From contig SMSO01000004.1 in the NCBI GenBank assembly GCA_004764695.1, positions 1,922,001 to 1,986,000 of the forward strand: DNA of 64,000 nt, in the 5' to 3' direction. Below the pieces are notes generated by a model that saw only the letters and a program-made list of their open reading frames with translations, did no database searches and had not been told where the DNA came from. Position 1 is the stretch's first letter, and the number at the start of each line of letters is the position of its first letter. This document shows positions 35,301-48,786 of this stretch, piece by piece. Origin of the DNA: Schizochytrium sp. TIO01. Lineage: Eukaryota; Protista; Bigyra: Labyrinthulomycetes. A program made the translations under genes and the position numbers.

Positions 35301-38300
35301 CTTTTCTTTAAGCATCGAATGATCTCCCGTCCGCTGCTCAGGGAGATTTACAAGCTATCAGCCTCGGCTCAGGGCCGAGATTGTTATAAAAAGATCGAGC
35401 CGTCGAAACGTGCAACATGTTAACATAGAATAAATTATTAGTCTTGAACACCATTCATTTGTGTTGCCATGCATCAAGTAGCCCGAAGTTTCTAAAAGGT
35501 GGCGGCGAGCCTACTACATCGACACCAAGTTTCACGCATTCCAACTTCGAAGGTTTAATTTCTTTTCTTCTTCTGTCTGAGAGCTGAAGTGTACCTAGGA
35601 ACTACTATCTGCTGTGGCACGTTCTAAAATCGTTCCGGGCACAGACTACAACGCTAGAGACTAGTCAATCAGGATTGAGTTCTTGTCTCGAGCAAAACAA
35701 AACCTATTACATCTGAGACGCAAAGCACAACCAAGTTTTATTCGTAAGTATGCCTAAGGTAGTCTGAGCGAACTTTCAAACATCCTCTTTCTTTTCAGAC
35801 ACCACCATGGCCGCCATCTTACATCACTTTATTACCTCAACTGCAACACTAGGTATGCATGCACCTCTTACAAGTTCTCTCTCTAGCTAGGCTTTCTTTA
35901 AAAATAGAAATAAAAAACGAAATTGTAATGGTTATCATAAAGTAATCACAGGAGAAGCTTCTCCCAGCTCACACACTCACTGGGTTCCACCAGCCTGGCC
36001 AAATGACCACGTCAGGTTCTTCCAGCAAACTCTCCCAAGCCGAATGGCAATTTGGCAACTAGAGATCACCACTACCTACCCGGCAAGTAGGTGAGGTGCC
36101 TACCGTCTTGAAGAACCATGATATTGGACCTATGTCCCTGGCGATGGAGCAGTGCGGTGAATAAGCTGCATTTATCGTGTCGCCGTGTTTTTTTTTTTCA
36201 TTCCGGGTAAGAAAAGCAGGGAAGTCAAATGGGTCATGAAAACCACTCAAATTAAAACTAGGGCGATGGTCTAACCTGGTCGACAAGCAGAGCAGAGAGA
36301 AGGAGGGTTTTTTATGAATACAAAGGAGCGCAAAGGACACAAACCGAATTAACTTTTTAAGAAGATAACCAATGCTTCCTTCTGCATATTATCTATCTAA
36401 ATAGACTTGTAAATAAACAAATTCTTTTTATTACAATAATAATTATACCCCGGTAGACAAATTGCCTTTCTTTCTTTTACGGGTACACAAAAGAAAATCA
36501 GGAGTCAGTCAATCTTCTATGAGTCATCCACCCAACCTTCCTGACTCTGATAAACAGCGATTTCTTTTGTAGTATTAGTAATTGAAAGTCGCGACTTCTC
36601 CGTCTGCTCCCGCTTCGTCACCGCGGTTGTCTATACCTGGCTATCGATGCTGTGCAATATAATTAATACGGTATATTTAGATGGTTATTATTTATTCTAT
36701 TTTTATTTTTATTTTTTTAAGTTTACCAAATTCTTTTACTAGGAAATTATGATTATAACGAAAGACATGTAGTAACTCAGCTAGTATCAACTATACCAAA
36801 TTTGGGCCACTCGCTGTACGTTTTGGGAGAGGAAAGGTAACGGCTAGACAGGTGAGGAAAGGGAGCTTATGAAGGTGCTCGAGACTCGTAAAGTGCTTGC
36901 CCATTAAGTTTAAAATACGAGTAGAGCAGGTGGACCATGGAAAAAATCAACAGGTGACAGCTTTGGCTGCTCATTGAAGATTGATCGTGGAGGATGACGA
37001 TTGCATTGAATATAACAACACAGCAAGCAAGGCTTTCATTCATCTAGCCGAGAGAACGACTAAAAAGACAAAGAGCCGAAACCTTAGACGAGCGTGTGCT
37101 TGGAAAAAGTTACATGACGAAGTCCCGAAGGCCACGAGGCTTGCCCCGAGAGAAATAGAAGGCAGCCATGACTGAGAACGAAGCCTCCGAATAAAGTTAG
37201 TTCAAACAACATTTTACTGCTACAGCGAAACTTAGTTTGATAAAGGTGCAATCTTAGTGTTGAATGCTTCTTTTATTGAATCTCATGGTATGTGTGAGCT
37301 CGTTATCTCAGTTTGCCTCCCAGGTCGTACAAAAAATTATTTAAGCATCGATTATCTACATAGGTGATATCGGTATCTCATTTTGTTTCCTCTCAACAGT
37401 AAGAGGTACTTGGGAACTCTTTGCATAAACTTTCGTGAAAGTACGACTAACACAACAGCGTGTCTGGCGTCGATGATCGCTCGTCCTTACTAGGGTTTCC
37501 TTATGAAGACATGACAGATTCAACTGGTTGGCTGGCCTCTGCAAAATGAATAAATAGTAAGATACGAGCTGCCTCTTCCTCTTCCTTTTCCTTTTGTCTG
37601 TGGCTCTGCAATCGCTTGTCGATGCTGTCAATCCTTTCCGTGGCTCTGGGTCTCTTGCTAAGACAACATCGTTGTACTGATGGTGAGCGAATGCTTCCTG
37701 GTTTGGACTAGGCACTGCGGCCTTGTCTTGTTCCATGCTTCAGACCACACATTGAAGTGGCCGGCATGAAAAGATGAAAGGAAGTGACTCCAACTGCGAC
37801 GAATATCGTAGTTCGGAATGAAATCTTGGCCAAAAGAGAAGCCTACGGCTTTGTGGATTTTGGAAAGTGGATTTTGGAAATTCTATAAGGATTAGCATAA
37901 GATGGTTTATTTATAACTAAAGTCACTTTTAAAAGGATCAAGACGCCAGGCTCTCCTAGCTCTGTCTGTCTATCTGTTGTCCTCTCCAATCAATCTTCCA
38001 CCATACCAGATGTCTTCCATCAAGTTTTTGTAAATTTAATGGGCAAGCACACGAGAAGATCTCGCGTTATCCACACTTTATTCTCAAGCTTTCGAAGAAG
38101 CCTCTCTGATACCTTTAGGGTCTTCCACCAAATCTACGAATGAGCAAACTGCTGCAAAGTCCAAGACCCTAGAGAGCTAACTCGTCGCAACGCGATGGTC
38201 GATAGCACGCGCTAATTGCTGGATCTGACGCAGTGATGATCAACAATCGTTCACAGACCCGAGCGAAGACGTAAGAGGCCACTCACGCACTCATCCACCG

Positions 38301-39570
38301 GCCCGAATCGATAATCGATATGCACTACGACTACGTTTACAAAGATTGGATGAGCAGTGACAGTCGCTACCATGATAGCCACCACCTGAGCAGGTCTAGC
38401 TCGAAATGGTCGGGATGCTATTGTCGCGAGCAGTGGTGCAACAGAAGAGTGCGGGTGGCTTTGGAATGGCAACCAAGATCTTTTAGGCAGTCAATTCGTT
38501 GCTCTGTGGATCGATCGGGTGGGTGGGTGGGCAGTCAGTCAAAGCAATGCATTGTTGGATCGATTGATGAAAATGAAGCAACTTGGGCATCGGCTGGCGC
38601 GGGGTTTCCGATGAAAGAATCAATTCATTGGATGGCCCTCGTCGGGATTTTGGAGCGAGTATGGTTTGCAATGTGGGATGGGAAGTCGGCTTGCGCAGCT
38701 GCTTCGGAAGCTTCGGACACGGGTCTCCGACGCGCGGGAGCTACTAGCGCTGCTGCTACGAGTTTACTGTAAGAAACCGACCGCTGGACTTTTTGTTCAC
38801 AACTGCTCACAACCCGTGTGCAGAAGATCATTATCCTCGCAACTATGATCACAACCATTCACAAGTGTCAGAAAAAATTGAGAAAAGCTTGGAGGGTGAA
38901 CAAATTGGTTCATTCCATTTGTCAATTGGGATGTGAGGCCTTTCTTTTCTTTTTTTCCCTTTTTTTTAAAAACCAAAGATACTATTTTGGTTATGGATAG
39001 GCACGAAGAATGTGAACACAAGGTGAAGATGGGATTCTCGATCATCGCTAAGCGAAAACTAAAAAAGGATAGACAACTGCAAAACGTGTGCGGCCTTGCA
39101 CACGAAAACCTTCTTCCTGGTTACAAGGAAGAAATAGCTAATAGATCTGATGCCAAACTTGAGCAGAACTTTGCCTGACCTGTATCATTTTAATTTTTAA
39201 TTTAATTGTAAATAAATAAATAAATAAATAAAAACTAGGACAAAAGAAAGTCAATAAATTCCTGAACTAGAAATAAATGCGCAAGCCAGGTAGGTGCAAG
39301 AGGATAAGTTGACCACATCTATAGGATTGCTCACGAATGTGAAAAAACCAACAAGTTGCTTGCACAGTCGCCCATCCCTTATGTTTCGCATCTCAGCATC
39401 GTGTAAGACTTGGCTGAAGTGATAAAAAATAACTGTCATCCTCGCACATGAAATAAATATCTACCACTTGGCACAAACTGATTATTCTCCTCGAATTACC
39501 TTCATTCTTCCACACGCGAGCACATTTTCTCTGCGAACCAACCAAATTACCCTATCAGGTGCGCTCTTGT

Positions 39571-39815
39571 GTTCGAAAACCTACTGAGCTCAACTTTTTT
39601 GAAAAGAATCTCGAGGCCAGGGACGCTTAAGGTGTCCAAGAACTTCGATGCTTTCAGCCAACAGCCACAACAGTGTTCAAGACCACGCGGTGTGCAGCGT
39701 GCGCAAAGCCTGCCCGACTTTACACAGCTATGACTGTCTGCCTGCTTCTCATAGGCAGACTTTGAGGAAGCTGTGTACAGATCTTCTTGGCGACACAGAC
39801 CTCGGTTGCAAAACA
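39571..39815 (+). pseudogene. Degenerate fragment resembling the VPS11 C-terminal RING-H2 region
   Basis: NFFEKNLEARDA*GVQELR..TATTVFKTTRCAACAKP, then after a frameshift LHSYDCL...LLGDTDLGCKT. The order resembles the VPS11 pattern LRT.A.IFQ..KC.AC...HSFH..CLGDNE.ECP.C. Judged by eye. Confidence 0.35.
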
Positions 39816-41090
39816 CTCACTCACAGGGGGCTCACAAGCAGCTTCTCCATACACCAACACGAGTTGCGAGAGGCAACGACCACCCACCCATCCATCCATC
39901 CATCTGTAATCTTTGGCATGTTGCAAGATGAATAGCACGCGCGGCTGCAGAGGCTGCGACGATTGTCGACCGAATTGACTGCCTTGTCGACCGAGTCAGA
40001 CAGCCAGCTCCGTGAGACGCCCTCTTCCCCAACGTGGCCTTAGCGTTTGTTTATTTGCTTTCTCTTATGTGTTGGCTGTGTTACCCAGGTACCTGCTTCT
40101 GCCAAGTGAATTGACTACGAGCTCAATCATCACACTGCCGGGCTCGTACTACCTACAAGAACTGTGTGTCCGAAGATCCAAGGACACACAACTGCCTCCA
40201 TTCACAAATGAGCTTGCCCGACCCCATTTGGGATGGCGTTGCCTCTACCCAAACTGCTGCGTCCAAGGCCCGGGAATCCATCCTGGCGCATGTCATGGGA
40301 TGCGTGCGCTAGGTACAAGTTGATTGAGATGTGATTGGCGCCAAAGAACCAATGGAAGATAACCTCAGTTCGTACGAAGAGGCGAATATGCTATTTATTT
40401 AGCGCCGGGTTCCGTGGATGTCGAAACGTGCTTGTTTGTTTTATCTGTTTGTCGGTTTGCTCATTCTGTGAATAAATGTGTGGATATATATCTGTCTTCG
40501 GAGAACCAATGGTTTGGGCCATTTGGGCAAAAGAAAGTGTACCTACGTACTTTTATTTTCATATGCAAAAGTTTATTATCTTTAATATATTTACGCAAAT
40601 TTGCCTCTAGGGGCATTTAGCTCTGGCGCTATGCAGAAAAATGGGAAGGGTGCTAGGGCTCTCTCGCAGTGTAAGAGCCATTCACAAGGTATGAAGCAGC
40701 CTATCGTCTGACTGAAAGCTATCGTAGGCAGCAAGCCTCGACACTCGCACGAAGTACGCCCCAAAGTAATACTGTTTCCCACGTCGATAGATATCACACA
40801 CGGATCGATTGTCCGCATGCGTAATTCTTTAAGTTCTCATCTCTTACAAACTTGCGATTGAAAGACCTCCGCCTGTCTTTCAGTTCACTACTTTTTGTTA
40901 AGAGAACTATGCGATTTTGAAAGTTCGAAAAGGAAGTACTCGAACGAGCCCGCTTAATCGAATCAATTCGATGTGAGTCAGTCGATTGACATTGTGAGAG
41001 ACAAACCACAGTGCTTCCTCAGTTAGAGTCAAACTTCGCGAAAGATCTTTATATTCCGCCTAGGCAGGCAGAAAGGTTTGGTATATCAGA

Positions 41091-41128
41091 AGGTAGTAAG
41101 TAGGTAGGCAGGTAGGCAGGTAGGTAGG
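41091..41128. repeat. (GTAG/GCAG)n compound microsatellite
   Basis: aggtagtaagtaggtaggcaggtaggcaggtaggtagg read directly. Confidence 0.85.
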
Positions 41129-43506
41129 AACAGCTTTTCCATTTTCACATTTAAAAGTTCTCGAAATTGCTCTCAATAAGAGAGCATATACTTAAAAAAA
41201 GAAGACTTCGGCAATGCAAAAGGATTTTTGAAATATATAGCGGTTCTAACCGCTCAAAACCCGAAGGGCGTGTTTCTTTTAAAACTATATGCATATAAGT
41301 AATATATGTGCCTGGTATAGTAGTTTGATTCATTCATAAAGAAGAATTCAAAAATGATAAAGAGTCTGAGTATAGAATTTCATGTATTTTTTTCAAAGAT
41401 CCGATTTGGTAATAAGCTTAGAGAGTATGTGTTTAACCGATCAATCAAACCGCGCAATTCAATTCAAAGTATGTGCAAAAGAAGGTACGACGAACAAATG
41501 GCTGTGACGTTCTCCCTCCTTACCAAGCTTTAAACTTTTATATATTATTATATATATTATTTTCAATTGAATTGAAAAAAAAAAAAAAAACTCAGGGGAA
41601 AAAAATAAAATAAATAAAAGGAAAGCAAACGGTGGCATAGTGTTCTTTTTCCTGCGTCTCTCTCTCTTTGTCTTTCTTTCATTTTGAGTTTTTTAATAAA
41701 TAAACTTTGAAGGTTTCCTACGACTGAGGTGATGACAAGTTAAATTACAACTTCAAGATGCCTCGATTCTCGAAAGGCGCAAGTGATTTGGATAGCTCCT
41801 CTCTCTCCCTTCAGACTCAAAGAAGGAATGAGTCAGAGGTTTGTTTACCTTAAACTCAAACGACACAAAGCGAAGAGTGAGCAAGTAAATGACTTTAAGA
41901 GCCTTTTGGATGCCAACTCAACGAGAGGTGCTGAATTCTTATAGAGACTGACAGATGCCTCTGTATGGGCATCATCCTGCTCGACTTGAAGGCGTCGGAT
42001 AGCCCAAACGCCATCATGATGTTAGAGTCTTTGTGAAACAGGAAACAGAACCTGGTGATGATGCCCCTCAGCCTAGCAGTCAGTGTTCGAGCCACCGCTA
42101 TACACGTGTTTGCCCATGCCAGTGATCGGGGAAGAGGAAACGATGATTGCGAACGCTATCAGCAACTCAGAACCTCACGAGTTCTTGCGTACGTGGCCCA
42201 TTCGGAAGGCTGCTGAAGCAATTCCTGGATTGCTATAGTTTATACTATGTACTGTTAGATGATACGAAGCGACGGTTGCACATTTATCCTCCTTGGCTGA
42301 TAACCCTCAGCCATTGCGCTGTACTATGCTGTTTTGCTCGGGTTTGGATGGCCTGATGGTCAAGGGCTGGAAACAGGATTTGTCAAACGGCTGCTCATTG
42401 AAGCTGCAAAAGTTGTCAAACGGCCGCTGCTGCGATCCTACAGTTTCATGACGGTCAGGGATCTATATTTCGTGGTTCTGCTCGGTTTAGATTGCTGCAT
42501 CATTGTCTACAGAATTTTGAAAATAATACCTATAATTATTATTAGTCAGGCCAGGTCTTGGATTTCATAACGAGCGAAACGTTGAAAATGTTATCTGTCA
42601 CATCGACAAGCGACACTCTCCTGCTCGTGATCGCAGTGGTTTCTTGATTTGAGCGCATGCCGAGTATATCTTGCTTCAACTTTCGGAATACGACGAAAGC
42701 CCACACAAGACGCCACAGAAGTTTTCCCCATACTAAACTAGTATAATTTTCCAAATCGCGTCTTTAGCCTCCTATAATCATCAGAGCGCACACCCTTTGC
42801 AAATAAAATTAGCAGCCCTCAATGAATTCAAAGAGACTATTATCGCTATGACTGCTTCCTGGCAGAAGAATGTGCAACCGTCGCTGCTTTCTCGTTTGCT
42901 TCTGCCCATGCTGAGCCTAAAACAAAAATGGGGGGCCCCGGTCTCGAAGGTAGAGCTTCTAGCGATTTGCAAACTAACCCTCTTCATCGCTCCTATTTAG
43001 CCCTTCTATTACGAACGAAGGGGGTATGAAGTGAACTATTCCCTACGAAAGATGTTCTCTGGCAACCGGTGAAACCACTCGTAATCCTTATAATAAATTT
43101 GTATTATTCTATATTTGGTCATATATTCTTTATTTAAAGACTTTTCAAACTTAAAAATACATTATTCATTTTTAAAAAGCCAAAAACAAAAAAACAGAGT
43201 ACTTTTTTTAAGCCAGGTAGTAAGCAGCTACTAATAACTAACACTAGTAGTGAACAATTTCAAACGAAAGAAGAACATGGAAACCGTGACTTTAATCAAT
43301 CAATTGAAAACTAATCAAAATAGAACAAGCGGACTCACGCTGTCTCCGCGAGACTTAGAATGACTTGAGAGCGAATGAATGTCTAACGTCTCGAGGACGA
43401 TGAAGCCAACGACCACTCGTCTGGAGCACTCAGAGCGACACGCGGAAGCACGCAGAGGAGGAGCATACCGTAACAATGAATAGCAGGTGTCTGGCTGGCT
43501 GTCTAG

Positions 43507-43795
43507 CTAGAGAACCAAGTTCCTGTGCTCGGTGGATTTTGGACGATTGACCCCCTCGCAATCCATGAGCAACAGATAACAGGAGCGCGTTTCAAGGTAC
43601 AGCTCGCCTCGAGTAACCCAAAGAATGGGATCGAGCTCGCACAAGGTGCCCAAGTCGAAGAAGTAGTTGAAGAAGAAGACGTCGATGCTCAGGCTCGTTG
43701 AGATCAAAGCAAGGAATGCTGCGAAATGGGGGCGGGATTACAGCTGGGCATCTTCGTCATAACTTCGACGCTCCTCGACGAAGCCAGCAAGCAAG
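43507..43795 (-). pseudogene. Coding-like fragment with one in-frame stop, family unknown
   Basis: LLAGFVEERRSYDEDAQL*SRPHFAAFLALISTSLSIDVFFFNYFFDLGTLCELDPILWVTRGELYLE... with C/G-ending codons. Bounded by (CTGG)/(CTAG) and (GCAA) stubs. Confidence 0.35.
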
Positions 43796-44572
43796 CTTGC
43801 TTCAGAGGCGACAAGCAAGTGATACGATGGCTCTGGGTTCGTGAGCAATCGTGGACAAAATGGAGCCGTGAGCTGAGACCTGCGAAAGACGGCAGCAGAG
43901 TCAGGGGACTTTAGCTCATACGCTTAGGCGATGGAGACGATGGTTCTTTTCGTCACCAATGAAGAGCTCTTGGGCTAGAACGCGACTACGCTGTTAACCA
44001 GGGCGACCGCGAGGTGCTGGGCAGTGGGGAAGGAAATAAGCATGGCTCAGCAGGAATGATCGCTGGAAGCACGCGACGCGGAGAGGGCCGAAGACGCGAT
44101 CAGGCGGGGCCCACGGCGCAGGAAACCGATCAATGCAAGCTTGGTCAGAAGAGCCCACGGGAAAAAAAGCAAACATCAGGTTATCAAACTAGAACAACCG
44201 CTTTTGGACTTAGACTAGAAACGTCGTCAGCATCAAAACACACACACAAAAGTTCGATACATCAGTTGGATCATCAGCAAACTGCACAAGCAAATGTCAT
44301 GTTTTCAAGATCGAAAAGGTCTTTTGCAGTGCACGAAGAGCACAGTCGCTTGCTTTGGACCCTCTAAAGGCTGAAGGGTGATTCAGAAGTAAGGTTTTGG
44401 AGAAGCAAACTGCGATATCCACCTACCCATATGCCTGCCTGTTTGCTGGGAATGTCATTGCCTTCTCTAGACTAGTCTCTGCACCAGGAAATCAGGATAA
44501 ACTTGATGTGGAGAGCTGCGCTAACGACACACGATCGCACCCTCAGAAAATGTGCTGAGGTCCAACTGTAAA

Positions 44573-44706
44573 AGGGGTGTGCTATATGACGCAGACTGTG
44601 CTCGCATGAGGAGTGAGCAAGAAACATGGCCTCTGCCATGGTCGTCAAAGAAGATATCGAGGCTTGGGAAAAAAACGCGGGCTAACGACCGCAGGGTTGC
44701 ATTATT
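44573..44706 (+). pseudogene. Degenerate fragment resembling cyclase/kynurenine formamidase family (PF04199)
   Basis: RGVLYDA, then after a frameshift VVKEDIEAWEKNAG*RPQGCII. Resembles the family pattern RGVLxD...EDLEAWEKxxG.xIxxGDxV. Confidence 0.4.
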
Positions 44707-47700
44707 TGCGAGCCTGTGTGATCACAAACTCAAAGTCGAGCGAGAGTCCGGTGAAACTGACCACTGTCAGCATGCGTTGGCACCCCCGAGCGACATAGTA
44801 GGAAGCACGTCGGCAAGATTGCAGAAGAGATGCAAGCATCCAAGCGAGTGCCCCAAACCGGCTACGCTAGTGGGGATTCCGGTTTCAACGTACTTTACGC
44901 TTTTTACAAGTTTTCACGATTTATTTATTTTTAATAATTTTACAATAAAATTAAACTTATTATTTTACGTTTTCAAAGCTGCACGAAACCAGGTAGAAGT
45001 ATGTAATCGCAATCCGAGTACAGAAATACCGCTGACTTGAACGTTCCCCATCACCTTGCCAAGTCCAAGACTCGTTTACGCTTGGCCTCACCCAATTTCA
45101 CCATCCCCAATACAATTGCAAACCAGACTCGGGCCTTTGGCGAAGGAGCAAACGAAACCTAAAGCATGCCTCGACGAGAGGTTTTTTCCCATCGCATAGT
45201 TAGTCCATACCCTACCTAATTACTATTAGCAGCAGGTAGGCCAAAAAATGTTGGTTTTCCTCCTCTTCGATTGCTCGAGTTCGATCACTTTACCCGTCGC
45301 TGCTGCTGCTCCCAGGCGGTTTTGTTTGGGAAGTGCGAGGCCGGTGTCAAAAGACCAGGCAACCAAGATGGCCAAGGAAGTGGAGAAAGTGGAGAACCTC
45401 GAAGGGAACATTCATCCATTTTAGTCATTTGCTCTTGAACTTGCACGAGTTGTTTTTATTTTTTCCCATCGTGTGTGTTTCTAGTCTCTGGTGACTTTGT
45501 CTGACTTTTTTATATCTCACCCTGATTCTGGTTCTTTCATCGCTGTTGTGGTTATTGGTTGTCTTGGTGCAGATGATTGCGTGGCAGTCTGTGACGGTGG
45601 TGATGAAGGGTATGGAAGGCAGCAGATACGAGAGAAACGTACGGAAACATTTAAGGCACGCTGAGACGTTTGACTGCCAATATGAAGAAAAGTCAAGCGA
45701 GTGGCTGTAAAAGCGAGCGCGCTTCTGAGCTCTCATCAAAGCGCACTTCGTATTTGCGAAGCATATGAAACGGACTTGCTCAAGTTGAAGTTCTAAGTCT
45801 TTAACTGATGGTGTGTTCTCGCGCAAAGTTGAGCATTTAGAACTCCCGATTAGAACCTTGCAGACCGAAGAGTCCAAGGTAAGGGTCAAGCTAGCTCCAT
45901 AGGCTCTGAGAGCACGATATTCTCATCTTCATTTGGGTGTGAGCTGAAGTTATAATGGAAGGCTCTTAAGCTATTCAGGGCTCGAGAAATCTATGCTCTG
46001 GGGCAGCAACTGGGGATATTCTTGGGGCATAGAGAGTCTGGGGCATGGCTCCACTCACAGTGATAAGGAACATGAACCTGAAAGATGGGGCAGGGAAAAA
46101 ATAGAAAAGATCTAATTGGTGTAATAGGTAGATACTTACTGCCAACTTAGCTGCCCAGGTACCCACCCCACTCAAGGATGATAAGCCAATAAAACAATGT
46201 GCAGGCCTCGGATCTGCCTATTATCTGTACCATGGATGATTCTGAGTACTGTTGCTGCTCTTGATCTTGTCGAAAGTTGTTGCCTTTGCCTTTTCAAAGT
46301 GACTGCTTGGAAAGCATAAATAACTGGCCAGAAAAGTGGCATAGCTACATCGCATACAAAGACAGAGTCGTGCTACTTCAACTATGAAACCCATCATGTA
46401 TTCTCGCTTCCCTCAACAGAAAAAAATGTACGATCAATATAAATTGCTTTCCTAATGTTGTAACTTCTGAAGGTCGCCAGCAGAATGTTTATAGTATAAT
46501 TTTCGTTGCATACTATGCAGGCTGCTTCCCTTCCTGAACACTTTAGAAGCAATCTTACTCTGTAAGCAGATTTGTTGAACGAGCTTAAAGGCGTACTATA
46601 ACGCGCAATCTACAGAGAGTGACCTGTCTTATTCGCATGGAAGGAAGGTGGCAACAGATTTGAACAGAAAAAGCAATAGAGCAAGTTTATACAACGAAAC
46701 TCAGACTGTGCTTAAGAAATTGAGCTCTTTCTGAAGGACCAAACTACCACTGCTAATGAACAACATGACAGAAATATCTGTTTCTCAAATTCATCGCACA
46801 AACATAAAATGGCGAAATCAGCAAAGATAAATTTACCCTTTTCCCTCATTGAGAAAAAACCTATTCAATTCTATGGAAAACTGGCTCTAAGTAAGGTCTG
46901 TATTGTCGACCAAAATAAATTAAAATTGCTGATATGTGTCTTTGCTTGGCTCAATACTGTTGTTAAGCGGAGACCAGGTTCTAGAATGGGGCAAAGACAT
47001 CGATCAAATAATGAAGTGAATCATCAATTATAGAGCCAGCCGTACAGTCAATCATTTTTCGGCTTTCTCCGCACTCCTGGCTTAGATTAAATCTCCAAGC
47101 TTAGACATGATACACGCGCAATTCCGTGTCTACAAGGTTCGGATCTCAGTGTTTACTAAAAGTTGCGCCTGGTTAATGAGAGAATCATAAAGGCAGGGTG
47201 CTAAAGGAATCAGGAATTGTTTGCAGATTACAGCTTCTAAAGTTACGGATCTATGGCCCTTGGAATTGGATTTTAAATTGGGTTGCTTTATGTTATAACT
47301 CAAAGACCAAAGTGAATTGTTATCAAACATTGATGACGAACTTATATCAAGCCATCCCTTCAACCAGCAATTAGAATTACGATATGCCAATCCTCTTGAA
47401 TGTGTATGTACACGTTCGATCCCTGAGTCCCTTGGCTTCGCAACCACATATTTGGTTGTGCATTTTGAGTCCTAATGTATATGTTGATCTATAAAGCATT
47501 ATTAGGATACACTGGCCTTGCCCACTTCCTTTTTATTTAAAGCGAGAATCGCTATCTCTAAAAGCTTAAGAATGGAATGACTACACCAACTTTCTTTAAA
47601 CATTTTATCTTTGCATTTTGCTTAAAGATGAAGGCAAGTGGCTTGAGAAAGACCTGATAAACTATTGCTTCAAGAGTTATCGATCTGCGGCTCTTTTGAT

Positions 47701-48786
47701 TCAAGTCCAAGGCAGATAGATTTATGTTGTCATAAGGAGACTAAGATAGACTTGATCTGTACTAGACGCAATTGACAAGGTTCAATTAGCTTGTCTCTTT
47801 AATCATCAACTCAGATTTTATCATACTTGATTCTAGCGAATGCGTCTGTACACTTATAGTTCTCTTTTATCTCAAATTAACAACCATGAATTAAGTTGTC
47901 TGGTTCTGCTCTTATGTAATTCATAAATCCTTGAGAGTTTACAGTGGAACTTCAAGAACTCACCAATGTCTTGTCCACCATTTCCTGCGATTAAAAATCT
48001 CAGCATCTATCTAGTCAATTATTAGCTGATCAGGATGTCACGTTCAGTGATACTTTTGTTCAGTCACAACAAAATAAATTTTGTCTTTAAGCTAATGTTG
48101 TTTGATCAGCCGGACTTGTTCTGAAGAAGCAGATAAAGCGCTGTTTAAGCTCGCTTCGTTAAATGCAATTCTTTGAAAAACGCTGAAAGGCGTTGTTCAT
48201 AAGAGCTCAGCTGACAAACTAAACAGAAGATCGTTTCTATCAATCCCCGTAGTGTCGTCATCTGGTCTTTAATACTAGCACTTGATCTTCAATGATTGGA
48301 AGATCTTTTCGAATTATGAAACATACTAGAGATCAAGTAACCAACCACGTCCCAAAAAATACACAAGAGAATAAAAGGAGAGGATTATGTGAGATAATTT
48401 AGCGGTTTGATCAAGATCGTGTTTGGCTGACTCCGGATGTCTTCAAACGTGAAGCTTTAATGTTAAAATTAATAATGCAGATTTCTTAATATATTTCACA
48501 TGTGACAAACATTTTGTATATAAAAGGCCATCCTAAAGCTATCTTCATATCTACCCTCAAGCTGATCTTAGATCTCGGGAATGAAAACACTATACGAGGA
48601 CTGAGTTGGCATATTTGAAAGATGACGCCTTATTCTGGTAAAGTAGCGGACCAATTCGCAAAAATAATTTGATAAGGAATCATACCTCACGTGAAAAGGG
48701 ATTTACAACAAACATAGACACCACATGATGCTTTTTCATACAAAACGCGCAAAGCCTTATGCAAAGCATCAGATAGACAATCAATT

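Noticed and set aside
42334-42430. 33-bp-period repeat reading VKRLLIEAA/VVKRPL, ankyrin-like
   Set aside because: Too short and degenerate to assign.
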